64,000 nucleotides of DNA from an uncultured Rhodospirillales bacterium (GCA_902761715.1 CACWLK010000001.1:10899-74898), one strand, 5' to 3'; counted from the stretch's first letter, positions 50,928-61,050 are shown. Numbers and translations are program-made. Notes: generated by a model from the sequence alone, not told the origin.

Positions 50928-51571
50928 AACAACTCCAATACAAAATGAAACATAAAACGCATATACCAATCCAACGGATTAAACGCTGCAACCTCTGCTA
51001 TGCCCAACATTCCGCCCACCAACGGCACAACCGCAATCAGGAAAACGAGCACCACAAGCCCCTCTCTTTCTGCGGCAACATAGCGTCTTGCCCATTTTGC
51101 GTCCATCCAACCAAAAAACATTTTTGAACCGTCCAACGGCGGAAATGGTAATATGTTCAAAAAAATCAAAGCCAAATTAATACCCAGTAAATTGCTTAAA
51201 AATATTTCGCTGTATGCATCTGCTTTAACATTCATCATGATCAATATTGCCAAACCTGCCAACACGGCATTCACCGCAACACCTGCCGTTGCTACCGTAA
51301 ATATTCCGAGTTTTTTATCTCGCAATTTTCTGAAATCAACCGGCACCGGTCGTGCCCAACCAAACAAAAACGGTGCATTACCATACCACAAAACCAATGG
51401 CAACACGATTGTTCCCCAAAAATCCACATGGTCAACCGGATTCAACGATAACCTTCCGCAGCGTTTCGCCGTATCATCGCCGAAACTTAATGCAGCATAC
51501 CCATGTGCAATTTCGTGCAACACAACAGAAATAAATATCGGAATAAAAGTTATAAGCGCATCTATTAACAT
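50924..51571 (-). CDS. site-2 protease (M50) family membrane metalloprotease
   Basis: VVLHEIAHGYAA (HExxH within a TM segment) and multiple TM segments. Confidence 0.75.
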   Translation of the reverse strand: MLIDALITFIPIFISVVLHEIAHGYAALSFGDDTAKRCGRLSLNPVDHVDFWGTIVLPLVLWYGNAPFLFGWARPVPVDFRKLRDKKLGIFTVATAGVAVNAVLAGLAILIMMNVKADAYSEIFLSNLLGINLALIFLNILPFPPLDGSKMFFGWMDAKWARRYVAAEREGLVVLVFLIAVVPLVGGMLGIAEVAAFNPLDWYMRFMFHFVLELL

Positions 51572-52492
51572 TTATTTTTTAGCCGTAAAACATGTACCGC
51601 CGGCTTTTTTGAGTTGTGAACAGAGTGCATCGGCATCAGCTTTGCTGGCAAAGCTGCCGGCTTTCAGACGATAGAAAACACCTTTGGCTCCCAAATCTGC
51701 GTTTTCAACCTCATAAGGCAAATTCTGCAACATTGAATATTTGTTTTTCATAGTTGCCCACGATTTTTCAACCGCCGCCTTGTTCGGTGATGACATTAAC
51801 TGCACCTGCCAACTTCCGGCTTTGATAACAGTGGCCGAGGCATTTGTCTTTTCCACTTTTTCTTCAGCTTTAGCTACCGGTTCCGGTTTCGGAGTTTCTG
51901 CAACCATCGGTGCCGGCTCTTCAACTTTTGCCACAGGCGTTTCCTTAATGGTTTCAGCCACCGGCGCAGACTTAACAGCAACAACACTGCTTTGCTCAAC
52001 AACCGGTTCAGTTGTCGCAACATTATTACCGTTTGTCAAAGATTCAACTCCAGAAGTGTTTTCAACTTTGGTCTCAACTGCCACATTTTCAACCAACTGC
52101 TCGATTCCCTGTGCATTTGGCTCTTCTGCTGAAACTACTATATTGTCATTTTCTTCAGATGTAGGACGTTTTTCAATAATATCATAGACAGTTCTTTCTT
52201 GTGATGCCAATTCAACATCTCCCGGATCAACCGGCTGAATCTTTACCGGAGTTTGCGGACGTGCAATTACCGGAACATCATCAGAATTATTGCTTTGATA
52301 ACGCGGTGCCAAAACAAACCACCCGACCACACCGGCCATCAACAATCCGGCCAATGCACCAACAAACAGACTGCGGGAATTATTAATTTCGTTTTTACGC
52401 TCTTCCAAGTCAAAATTTACCTGTTTCTGACGAAATTCGTTCAAAACTTTTTCATCATCACGACGGAATTCATCTGGAAAATTATCAAGCAT
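51572..52492 (-). CDS. SPOR-domain protein
   Basis: One TM segment, a low-complexity P/E/V linker, and the C-terminal SWQVQLMSSPNKAAVEK...FYRLKAGSFASKADADALCSQLK. Confidence 0.75.
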   Translation of the reverse strand: MLDNFPDEFRRDDEKVLNEFRQKQVNFDLEERKNEINNSRSLFVGALAGLLMAGVVGWFVLAPRYQSNNSDDVPVIARPQTPVKIQPVDPGDVELASQERTVYDIIEKRPTSEENDNIVVSAEEPNAQGIEQLVENVAVETKVENTSGVESLTNGNNVATTEPVVEQSSVVAVKSAPVAETIKETPVAKVEEPAPMVAETPKPEPVAKAEEKVEKTNASATVIKAGSWQVQLMSSPNKAAVEKSWATMKNKYSMLQNLPYEVENADLGAKGVFYRLKAGSFASKADADALCSQLKKAGGTCFTAKK

Positions 52493-52574
52493 TAACTGTC
52501 TCCTAAATTTTTGCTTTTCACAAACCTAAAAGTAATATACATTACAAAAGATAAAATAGTAAAGGAATAAATTT

Positions 52575-53366
52575 ATGAAAATTGCAACATATAACATAAA
52601 TTCCATAAACGCCCGTATTGAAAACCTGTGCACATGGCTCAGGTCAGAAAGTCCGGATATCGTGCTTTTGCAGGAAATCAAAACGGAGTTTAACTCTTTT
52701 CCGTTTTTTGAAATACAATCCTGTGGATACAATGCTTCGATTCTCGGACAAAAAAGTTATAACGGTGTTGCAATTTTGAGTCGCGAAAAAATAAAAATCA
52801 TTCATGAAAATCTTCCTTCATTTGCTGATGATCAGTCTCGCTATCTTGAAGCTGACATCTCCGTAAACGGAACCGTTTTTCGTGTTGCTTCGGTATATCT
52901 GCCCAATGGCAACCCGCCCTACAACAACAGTAACGACAATTCAAAATTTGAATATAAGCTCAAATGGATGGACGCTTTTATATCTCACATTAAAGAGCTC
53001 TCCACTTTACCATATCCGGTTATTATCGGCGGCGATTTCAATGTTATTATGACTGAAAAAGATGTTTATGATCCCAAACCTTTTATCGGGAACGCCTTAT
53101 TCCGTCCTGAAGTCAGAGAAAAAATTCAAAATCTCGCTTTTTTAGGCTTTTTTGATGTTTTTCGCACACTTCACCCCACAGAAAACGGCTATACTTTTTG
53201 GGATTATACCGCCAACTCTCTTAATGCTGATTTCGGCATGCGAATAGACTACTTTTTTGCCTCTGCTCCGGCTGTTGACAGACTTACCGACTGCCATGTT
53301 GACAAAGCCCCTAGATACAGCGACAAACCCTCTGACCACACACCTCTTATTGCGGAGTTTTTGTAA
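52575..53366 (+). CDS. xthA: exodeoxyribonuclease III
   Basis: MKIATYNINSINARI...LLQEIK...SDHTPL. Confidence 0.85.
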   Translation: MKIATYNINSINARIENLCTWLRSESPDIVLLQEIKTEFNSFPFFEIQSCGYNASILGQKSYNGVAILSREKIKIIHENLPSFADDQSRYLEADISVNGTVFRVASVYLPNGNPPYNNSNDNSKFEYKLKWMDAFISHIKELSTLPYPVIIGGDFNVIMTEKDVYDPKPFIGNALFRPEVREKIQNLAFLGFFDVFRTLHPTENGYTFWDYTANSLNADFGMRIDYFFASAPAVDRLTDCHVDKAPRYSDKPSDHTPLIAEFL

Positions 53367-54424
53367 TGTTAAAAAAATTTATCTTATTTTTATTTGCGGC
53401 CACCATTTCATACTCTGCACATGCTGATGACAAGGCGTTTATAGCCACTGTTTATGACACTATTGTCACAAAACACCTTACACCTGTTGACATTGAAGAA
53501 ATTGCCATTGCCGGTCTTAAAAGCATCTCGGCTACCGACAACAACCTTGTTTTTTCTGACGGCAACGACAACATCTACCTCTATTCACACCGTCAAATTG
53601 CCGGCGTTTGGCATAAGCCTCAAAAAAAAGATGACATAAAATCTTGGGCCGAAATAACCTCCGGTATTATTGATAAGGCTGTCAAAATCTCTCCAACCGC
53701 TCGTAAAAACGAAATCTTTATGACCGAAAACATTCTTTATCATGCAACAGCCGCTCTGGCTGACCACTCAAAATATCGTTTCAGCGACGAAGTTGAAGAA
53801 GATATCGAAAGTGCTAAAATCAGCGCCAGACTTGACGGCGATTTTCTTTACATTCAGATTCTGTCTTTTGACAACAATACACCTGAATATGTCAAAAACT
53901 CAATTCTGCGCTACCCTGCAATCAAAGCTGTAATTATTGATCTTCGTGGCAACAAAGGCGGACCGCTCAATATTGCTATTGACATTGCCAAACTTTTCAT
54001 AGATGACGGCATAATTGTAACCACCAAAGGCAAAGAAAACGATTCTACCAAATATTATATTGCCCACCAAGACGAAGCTTTCAGCCTGCCTCTTGCCGTT
54101 TTGGTTGACCAAAACACCGCTTCCTCGGCCGAAGCTCTGGCCGCAGCTTTGCACGAACAGGCTCAAGCCGCACTTATCGGCACACAAACTTTCGGCAAAG
54201 GAACGATTCAAAGTATCTTTGCCTTTGACAATGGCGGAAAATTAGCACTTACTACCGAAGAGTTTTTTACTCCGTCAGGCAGCAAAATTCAAAACATCGG
54301 CATTTGGCCTGACTACTGCATAATCAATGACCAACTTGTTGACGGTCCCTGCACTCGACAAGAACGAGCCGGCAACTCTACTGATATCGAATTTGCAAAA
54401 CAGGTTTTATCTGAACAGTTATAA
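53366..54424 (+). CDS. S41-family (C-terminal processing) peptidase
   Basis: Signal peptide, then DLRGNKGGPL, NTASSAEALA and GTQTFGKGTIQ. The start overlaps the xthA stop by 1 nt. Confidence 0.75.
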   Translation: MLKKFILFLFAATISYSAHADDKAFIATVYDTIVTKHLTPVDIEEIAIAGLKSISATDNNLVFSDGNDNIYLYSHRQIAGVWHKPQKKDDIKSWAEITSGIIDKAVKISPTARKNEIFMTENILYHATAALADHSKYRFSDEVEEDIESAKISARLDGDFLYIQILSFDNNTPEYVKNSILRYPAIKAVIIDLRGNKGGPLNIAIDIAKLFIDDGIIVTTKGKENDSTKYYIAHQDEAFSLPLAVLVDQNTASSAEALAAALHEQAQAALIGTQTFGKGTIQSIFAFDNGGKLALTTEEFFTPSGSKIQNIGIWPDYCIINDQLVDGPCTRQERAGNSTDIEFAKQVLSEQL

Positions 54425-54457
54425 AAAAGACCGCATTTTAATTGCGGTCTTTTTTTA
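54424..54457. terminator. bidirectional terminator
   Basis: AGACCGCA-loop-TGCGGTCT hairpin flanked by an A-run and a T-run. Confidence 0.8.
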
Positions 54458-54462
54458 TTTGA

Positions 54463-55941
54463 TTAATCACAAACTCTTTCAACGTGCGGTGCCGTAACCG
54501 AAAATGTAATCACTTCCGTTCCGTCGGCCGGCACATTTACTCTCCACTCATACACACCGGATTGTTTTTTTGTTCCCTTGTGCGGAGCAAATGTTGTAAC
54601 CAAAGCATCCATCGGTAAATTTTGTGTATATACTACCTCTTGAGCATTTTTACCTGAATTGGTTATACTAACCTCAGCTTTGTACAAATATTTTTTCTCT
54701 GTTATTTTACAACGGGTTCCGTCTTGTACCTGAGGTTTTTCAGACACTTTTTCTATTGAAGTAATTTTTCCGTTGGCAAAAATATTTACAAAATTGCCCA
54801 GGCGCAAACGCATTGTTTCGCCTTTTGCCACATGACCAATTGAATTCTCACCGATAAACTGCAGATTTCCACCCTCATCTTTTTCATAAAAACGGACAAT
54901 ACCCGCCGGAAGTTGAAAACCGAGGTTATCTTCTTCCTTATTGTTAATTATATAATACATATCCGGATGGACCTGCTTAAACTCGGCACGAGATCCCGGA
55001 TTAAAATACAATTGAGAACTTATATTTGCCTCTTTTTTATACTTAACCCCATTCTTCTCAATCAAGCTGATTTGTTTGGTCTGCTTATCCTTAATTGTCG
55101 TTTTGTTCGGCAAATTATAAAGATGATATCCACCTAACTCTTCCTCAGAAGCCCCCTCTGCTAAAGCCATATCATCTGCCGCAGCATTAAACGATGCAGC
55201 TTTCAACATCATCGGACGGGCAGCTCTAAACTCTCGAACTTCATTAACATCACCGGCAATCAGCTGAACTTTGGCATTGTTATAATCCACGCCTGATTCA
55301 TTATTTATGGTAACCCAACCGGTCATATTCAATTTATTCAAATCAGCCACATTTACCACATAATTGGTTTTCCAGCTGATACCATTGGTCAAATAAGCAA
55401 GCGAAACATCTTTATTCTCAGCTTTATCACTGATTAACTTAGCCACTAAAGTCGGCTTGTTACGCAAACCGGAAGGAATTTTATCATAGACCAAACGTCC
55501 CGGAAAATCAGGGTCAACTCCATAGTTAAATTTCAAAACCGGACGACCATACCCTGCACTTATAATCTCAGCTTTATCAAAAACATTTTCTCCGTTACTC
55601 GGGTTTGTAACCACGGTTTTTACCGTCTCGCCTACCGATTTTGCTGCCAAATTTTCGGCATTGAGTAAATCATAGTCATAGTTCTGCTCCAAAACTTTTA
55701 TCCCTTCACCGAACAAAATCGCTGTCTCCGGTTTTATGTTGGCGGCAACCCCCTCAAAAGCAATATTGTTTTCACCGCTATCCAAAGATACTTTGCGCAC
55801 ATCTTTGACCAATGCCAAACTACGATTATATACACTGATATCCAATGAAATCTTGTTATTGTCGCCGACCACTTTTTCCGCACTCATTGCTGCAGAACTA
55901 AAGCACATAACACCCATCATTAATAACGAAGCAAAACGCAT
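54463..55941 (-). CDS. DUF4139/DUF4140-family (MuiA-like) secreted protein
   Basis: I placed the start at ATG 55941 (MRFASLLMMGV..., behind GGAGAG). The N-terminal VYNRSLALVKDVRKVSLDSGENNIAFEGV pattern recalls DUF4140. Confidence 0.55.
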   Translation of the reverse strand: MRFASLLMMGVMCFSSAAMSAEKVVGDNNKISLDISVYNRSLALVKDVRKVSLDSGENNIAFEGVAANIKPETAILFGEGIKVLEQNYDYDLLNAENLAAKSVGETVKTVVTNPSNGENVFDKAEIISAGYGRPVLKFNYGVDPDFPGRLVYDKIPSGLRNKPTLVAKLISDKAENKDVSLAYLTNGISWKTNYVVNVADLNKLNMTGWVTINNESGVDYNNAKVQLIAGDVNEVREFRAARPMMLKAASFNAAADDMALAEGASEEELGGYHLYNLPNKTTIKDKQTKQISLIEKNGVKYKKEANISSQLYFNPGSRAEFKQVHPDMYYIINNKEEDNLGFQLPAGIVRFYEKDEGGNLQFIGENSIGHVAKGETMRLRLGNFVNIFANGKITSIEKVSEKPQVQDGTRCKITEKKYLYKAEVSITNSGKNAQEVVYTQNLPMDALVTTFAPHKGTKKQSGVYEWRVNVPADGTEVITFSVTAPHVERVCD

Positions 55942-56012
55942 TTTTTCTCTCCTGTAAATCAAAAAACTCATACTAGGCTAATGCAAAAATTTTCTTTTTA
56001 CAAGAGTATAAA

Positions 56013-56055
56013 TAAAAAAAGAGGAGTTCGTTTCAACGAACGAACCCCTCTTTTT
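56013..56055 (-). terminator. terminator of the M16-like gene
   Basis: Imperfect nested hairpin (GTTCGT/ACGAAC inner stem, GAGG/CCTC outer stem). The forward A-run becomes a minus-strand T-run. Confidence 0.55.
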
Positions 56056-56080
56056 ACAAAAGTCCAAATTAGTTACGATC

Positions 56081-57265
56081 TTACAGTTTGCTCTGTACTT
56101 CTGCATACGAGTAGCACTTCTGTCGTGCATACACCACATAGGTTAGTGGTTTGGAGAAAATGTCTTCGGAAATATCCCGAACATCTCTTGCCGTAACACG
56201 CCAGGTCGCGTTAATACGCTCGTTGATGTCGTACATCTCCCCACGGCCCAGCACCTGCCAGGAAATCTCCACAGAACGATCTTGCGGTTGTGAGAACATG
56301 AACAACTTTTCGGCCATAGCGCAGTTGCGGGAGGTCTCCATACGACGATCTGATGCCAGCTCTGTACGCAGACGGTGAACATTGTAGCAGATGATATCCG
56401 TAAACTTATCGACATCATCTTCTTGGCGCGATGCTACAGAAACACGCAGAGTGCGCAATCCGTAGTAGCCTGCAATCTTCACCTCAAGGTCAACGTTCAT
56501 GCCGATAAAGGCTCGTTCGAGACGACCTTTCAGCATACTCATCATAACATTGGCTTCAGCTGCGTTGTGCAGATTCGAGACGTCCCACCCCAACATCACT
56601 TGACGATATTCGTCAGGGGCATGCATCTTGGCAAAGCCGCCGGTGTAGAACTCGTTGTAAACCTTGCGTTTCCGTCCTGCGGGTATATCCCCGAAGAACT
56701 TCTCGGCAAGCTCCTTGATGTAGCCGATCTTATCTTCCATACCTACACCGGAAATTGCAAAAACAATGTTCTTTCCGGTCAGGAAGGTATCGGCAAAACA
56801 CCTCAAATCTTCCGCATCATAGCTCTGTACGGCGCTAATGTAGACATCAGCATCCCACACCTTATTGGCATTGCCGAAAGCAGTATGCTTATACAGCAAA
56901 CGCATTTGGCGGTCAGGCAAAGGAGCTCGATCACGCGTGTGTTCGGCAATGTCATTAGCAACATCGTCCACCACCTCTTGGCGAAAATCACGGAACTTTG
57001 CCAGTTGAGCAAGCTTCTCCATCGTGGTTTCAAGCTGGCTAGTCGCACATCTACACCCGGTCAGATACGAAGTAATGGTTCCGCCATACACAGCCTGCAC
57101 TCCGGCAAACTCTCTGGTTAACACTTGCTCGAACAAACCGGCCATTCCCAAATCGGGCTCATTCACGTGTCCGACATTAACAGTCAGAGACATACTCAGC
57201 TCACTGCCGACGTTAGACACGACAACCGTAAGCCCATTCTTCAGCTTAAAATTTCTTTCGTCCAT
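56081..57265 (-). CDS. M16 (pitrilysin)-like protein lacking the zinc ligands
   Basis: FKLKNGLTVVV...VNVGHVNEPDLGMAGLFEQVL, where active M16 enzymes have G.AHFLEHM. GC-rich, SD-less leader, own promoter and terminator. Confidence 0.5.
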   Translation of the reverse strand: MDERNFKLKNGLTVVVSNVGSELSMSLTVNVGHVNEPDLGMAGLFEQVLTREFAGVQAVYGGTITSYLTGCRCATSQLETTMEKLAQLAKFRDFRQEVVDDVANDIAEHTRDRAPLPDRQMRLLYKHTAFGNANKVWDADVYISAVQSYDAEDLRCFADTFLTGKNIVFAISGVGMEDKIGYIKELAEKFFGDIPAGRKRKVYNEFYTGGFAKMHAPDEYRQVMLGWDVSNLHNAAEANVMMSMLKGRLERAFIGMNVDLEVKIAGYYGLRTLRVSVASRQEDDVDKFTDIICYNVHRLRTELASDRRMETSRNCAMAEKLFMFSQPQDRSVEISWQVLGRGEMYDINERINATWRVTARDVRDISEDIFSKPLTYVVYARQKCYSYAEVQSKL

Positions 57266-57318
57266 AACTTGGAATAAAGTTTAGTTAATAATATAATTAA
57301 AAATCACGAAGTGCTGTC

Positions 57319-57347
57319 GTTATACACCTCGTGATTTTTATTGTCAA
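57319..57347 (-). promoter_or_regulatory. predicted promoter TTGACA-17-TATAAC with flanking 11-nt inverted repeat
   Basis: Boxes read on the minus strand. AAATCACGAAG (57301-57311) and CCTCGTGATTT (57327-57337) bracket the -10 box. Confidence 0.5.
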
Positions 57348-57364
57348 TATTTTTGTCAAAAAAA

Positions 57365-58027
57365 TTATTCGTCCATATAAGTTTTATAGTCAGCTAAATC
57401 CCAATTTATACCGCTTTTGACGATTTTTGCCGGCACGCCCGCAATCAAAACATTAGGAATATCAAAGCGTTTGTTGACAAGGGACATTGCACCGACCACA
57501 GAATTTTCTGCCAAATAAGTTTTTTTGAGCAATACACATCTTGCTCCCACCCAAACATGGTCTTCAAGCACAATATCACTCGGTTCATTCAGCGGATCAC
57601 CATTATACTCATTAATCAAGGTATGCCCGTCGCCACAACGCAATAAACAATCCGCAGCAATAACACAATTATTGCCAACCGAAATTTTGGTTCCGGCCTT
57701 TTCTTTAGCGATAAACGATGCATTATTATTAATATAACAGTTCTTACCTATTTCTATGGCACATCCGTCAGCAATATAAAAGAACACCCTCAACATTCTC
57801 GTTTTGTTTGATGACCTGATTGAAAAAGAGTTATTATCACCGACCAACGCCAATTTACAATCTTCAAAACGCAACGGCATTTCAATGCGTACATTGTTAT
57901 TATTACCGTTAATGCTTATCGTCAAACCGGGAATTCCTTCCGGTCCTAGTGAGTGTTCGACACCTCTGTCAACTATCGTAATTGTATTATTAGCGCCCCA
58001 AACTTTCAGATATCCGTTTTCTTGCAT
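57365..58027 (-). CDS. hexapeptide-repeat (LbH) acetyltransferase
   Basis: Repeated [LIV]G-x4 turns, with VGARCVLLKKTYLAENSVVGAMSLV. Confidence 0.7.
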   Translation of the reverse strand: MQENGYLKVWGANNTITIVDRGVEHSLGPEGIPGLTISINGNNNNVRIEMPLRFEDCKLALVGDNNSFSIRSSNKTRMLRVFFYIADGCAIEIGKNCYINNNASFIAKEKAGTKISVGNNCVIAADCLLRCGDGHTLINEYNGDPLNEPSDIVLEDHVWVGARCVLLKKTYLAENSVVGAMSLVNKRFDIPNVLIAGVPAKIVKSGINWDLADYKTYMDE

Positions 58028-58083
58028 AATTTACCTCTCTTTTGCCCGATTTTAGCAGTCCCGAAAATTTAAGTCAATCGGAA

Positions 58084-58123
58084 TAAAAAAAAGACCCCTG
58101 CCACCGGCAGAGGTCTTTTTTTT
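58084..58123 (-). terminator. Rho-independent terminator of the 249-aa lipoprotein gene
   Basis: AGACCCCTGCC-ACC-GGCAGAGGTCT hairpin flanked by A8 and T8. Confidence 0.8.
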
Positions 58124-58139
58124 GTTGTTTAGCTCAAAA

Positions 58140-58889
58140 CTAAAGTTTTTTCGCTTTTAGGATGCTGTTCGGAAATAGCGTATAAACGCTATAAACGAAC
58201 CTGTCGCCCGGAGCCGGAACAAAGTCTATGTTGTTTGGTGTAACAAACAATAGCTTCTGTCCGGTGGTAACAATGCACCAATACGATTGCGGCAAGATGG
58301 GGATGTTGGTACACATCTGGATCGGGAAAGTTCCATAAACCTCGGCCTCGATCGGATCGCTTGCCACGAGTTTGCTTCCCAAATCGGGATACTCATTCTC
58401 GTTAGCTCCCTCACCACCGTTGTAATTGTGCCCGTTAATCTGCTCAATTTCATTTTCGCAGAACGATGAAACCGTAAAATAAATCTCATCTCCGACATGT
58501 AAATCATACGGATAGCGGTAACGCAACACGTAGTAGTATTTACCATTGTTGCAACGCATGACATAGGCAGGGAACGGGAACATGATTGATCTCTTGATTA
58601 CGCATTCCCAAATATGGGTAATTTTGTACGTAACCTGACCACCATTGCCGCCGGTGTTGCCACCATTGTTTCCGCCGGTGTTACCACCATTGTTGCCGCC
58701 GTTGTTGTTACCGTTGTCGCCGGTGTTGTTACCGTTGTTATTATCGTTGCCATTGTTGTCACGATGACCGCGATTGTTATATTCGTAACGATAGTCATCC
58801 CACGGATCATTATCAGGCTCACAAGCGCTCAAGACGCAAATTGCTGAAACCATCAGCAAAAGAACAAAAAAGATTTTTCTCTTCTTCAT
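58140..58889 (-). CDS. lipoprotein with Gly/Asn low-complexity linker
   Basis: MKKRKIFFVLLLMVSAICVLSAC lipobox followed by the acidic EPDNDPWDD, then GNNGGNTGGNNGGNTGGNGG repeats. Confidence 0.65.
   Translation of the reverse strand: MKKRKIFFVLLLMVSAICVLSACEPDNDPWDDYRYEYNNRGHRDNNGNDNNNGNNTGDNGNNNGGNNGGNTGGNNGGNTGGNGGQVTYKITHIWECVIKRSIMFPFPAYVMRCNNGKYYYVLRYRYPYDLHVGDEIYFTVSSFCENEIEQINGHNYNGGEGANENEYPDLGSKLVASDPIEAEVYGTFPIQMCTNIPILPQSYWCIVTTGQKLLFVTPNNIDFVPAPGDRFVYSVYTLFPNSILKAKKL
58639..58700. repeat. about 2.6 copies of a 24-bp tandem repeat inside the lipoprotein gene
   Basis: GGTGTTGCCACCATTGTTTCCGCC (58653-58676) and GGTGTTACCACCATTGTTGCCGCC (58677-58700), preceded by a partial copy. Confidence 0.85.
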
Positions 58890-58927
58890 ATAAAAAAAAT
58901 TAAGTTAATAATACACAAAACGGTCAT

Positions 58928-58956
58928 ATTATACTATTTTTGTCTAAAAATGTAAA
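58928..58956 (-). promoter_or_regulatory. predicted promoter TTTACA-17-TATAAT
   Basis: Read by eye on the minus strand, upstream of 58140-58889. Confidence 0.5.
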
Positions 58957-59036
58957 TAAAAAAATAAAACCCGGCAGAAACCATTTTTTTACTTATCGAT
59001 TATATAATAACTGACATTATTGTATTGGAGTGTAAA

Positions 59037-60212
59037 ATGATTACCGAAACCTGTTTCCATAATGCCACTTTGTTGAACGGATACTCCGCTATGCCTAACT
59101 GCGGCGTACTCATCAAACAACACAAAATTATTGACGTTTTCAACGAGGCTCGTTTTAAGCAAAAAAAATTCAAACCCGGAACCAAGTTTTATGATTTAAA
59201 AGGTGCCTACATTGCTCCCGGTTTTATTGATACTCACATTCATGGTATTGGTGGTTTTGGTACTGACGATATGAGCGCTGAATCAATCCTCAAAATGTCA
59301 GAGATTTTGCCCCGATACGGAGTTACCTCTTTTATCCCGACACTGTATTCTGCCCCAAAAGACAAACTTTTCAAAGCAATGATTAGCATTCAAAAAGCCA
59401 TGGGGCATGAAAAAGGTGCTAAAATTTTGGGTATGCATTTAGAGGGACCGTTTATTTCTCCCGAGCGCCTCGGCGTTCAAACTCCCGATTCTATCTCTCC
59501 TGTCGACCTTGAATATATGAAAGAGATTATCTCCGTCGGACAAGGCAATATTATTAATATGACACTTGCTCCCGAACTTAAAGGCATGAGAGAGTTGGCT
59601 CTTATGTGTATTGACCAAGGCATTATTTTGCAGGCCGGTCATACCAACGCTACATATCAGCAAATGGTGGAGGCCATGCAGGCTCGCATAATGCATGTAA
59701 CCCACCTGTTTAATGCCATGAGCCGTATGCATCACCGTGACCCCGGTGTGGTCGGTGCCGTGTTTATTCATCCCGAGCTTTCCTGTGAAATCATTGCCGA
59801 CGGGGTACACATCAACCCCGATATTGTCAAATTTTTATTTCGTTGTAAGCCGATTGATAAAGTCGTTCTGGTTACCGATTCGCTAAAACCGACCAAACAA
59901 AAAGCCAAACACCTATACGCCAACGGCGAAGAAGTCTACCTTGACAAATGTTTTCTGCGTAAATCCGACAACGTTATTGCCGGCTCCGCCCTAACCATGA
60001 TTGAAGGTGTTAAAAACCTCGTTTCTTTCGGACTTCCGATTGAGCAGGCTGTGCAAACGGCAGCATATAATCCGGCAACCATAATGAAACAAGAACACCT
60101 TGGGTTGATAGCCCCCGGCTACGATGCAGACTTGACAATTTTTGATAAAAACTTCAAAGTACTTAAGACCATAATTAAAGGACAAACATTTAATAAAGGA
60201 ACCGGCAAATGA
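59037..60212 (+). CDS. nagA: N-acetylglucosamine-6-phosphate deacetylase
   Basis: [23 protein letters not shown] and HLFNAM motifs. I placed the start at ATG 59037, behind GGAG. Confidence 0.85.
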   Translation: MITETCFHNATLLNGYSAMPNCGVLIKQHKIIDVFNEARFKQKKFKPGTKFYDLKGAYIAPGFIDTHIHGIGGFGTDDMSAESILKMSEILPRYGVTSFIPTLYSAPKDKLFKAMISIQKAMGHEKGAKILGMHLEGPFISPERLGVQTPDSISPVDLEYMKEIISVGQGNIINMTLAPELKGMRELALMCIDQGIILQAGHTNATYQQMVEAMQARIMHVTHLFNAMSRMHHRDPGVVGAVFIHPELSCEIIADGVHINPDIVKFLFRCKPIDKVVLVTDSLKPTKQKAKHLYANGEEVYLDKCFLRKSDNVIAGSALTMIEGVKNLVSFGLPIEQAVQTAAYNPATIMKQEHLGLIAPGYDADLTIFDKNFKVLKTIIKGQTFNKGTGK

Positions 60213-60991
60213 GAGTAATCATTAAACCTGACTATGAAAATGTATCTGTCTGGGCAGCGCAATATATTGCTAACCGAATCAACAAATTTGCCCCCACCTC
60301 GGATCACCCCTTTGTCTTGGGTTTGCCAACCGGCTCTACCCCTCTCGGGGTATATCGTGAGCTGATTAAAATGTATCAGCAAAACAAAGTTTCTTTTGCC
60401 AACGTCATTACCTTTAATATGGACGAGTATGTAGGTTTGCCTGCCGACCATCCGCAAAGTTATCACTACTTTATGTTTGAAAACTTCTTCAACCACATTG
60501 ATATCAAAAAAGAAAACATTCATATTTTGAACGGCATGGCTAAAGATATTGAAAAAGAATGTGCCGATTATGAAAAATCCATTCTCGCCTGCGGAGGAAT
60601 TGAGCTGTTTTTAGGTGGCATCGGCGAGGACGGACATATTGCTTTTAACGAGCCGTTTTCCTCCCTATCCTCTCGCACTCGTATCAAAACTCTGACTTCT
60701 GATACAATCAAAGTCAACTCACGCTTTTTTAATAACGACATCACACAAGTACCAACCACGGCAATGACCGTCGGTGTCGGTACAATTATGGATGCACGAG
60801 AAGTTATGATACTTGCCAATGGTAACAAAAAAGCCAAAGCGGTTTATCAAGGCATTGAAGGAGCCATCAGTCACAAATGGACAATTACCGCCCTGCAAAA
60901 TCACAAACACGGCATAATTGTCTGTGATGATGCCGCCGCTTCTTTGCTTGCCCCCGAAACCATAAAATATTTTAAAGATATCGAAAGATAA
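60209..60991 (+). CDS. nagB: glucosamine-6-phosphate deaminase
   Basis: FNMDEYVGL and [13 protein letters not shown] motifs. ATGA overlap with nagA. Confidence 0.9.
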   Translation: MRVIIKPDYENVSVWAAQYIANRINKFAPTSDHPFVLGLPTGSTPLGVYRELIKMYQQNKVSFANVITFNMDEYVGLPADHPQSYHYFMFENFFNHIDIKKENIHILNGMAKDIEKECADYEKSILACGGIELFLGGIGEDGHIAFNEPFSSLSSRTRIKTLTSDTIKVNSRFFNNDITQVPTTAMTVGVGTIMDAREVMILANGNKKAKAVYQGIEGAISHKWTITALQNHKHGIIVCDDAAASLLAPETIKYFKDIER

Positions 60992-61050
60992 ATTTGTTTA
61001 ATAATTCCTCTTTTCCTTATATTTGCTTAGCATTTACCTCGTTTTTAATA

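Noticed and set aside
56375-57121. A 248-aa plus-strand ORF opposite the M16-like gene.
   Set aside because: The minus-strand ORF is longer (394 aa), shows M16-like sequence, and is bracketed by a minus-strand promoter and terminator. The plus ORF is a GC-rich-region shadow.
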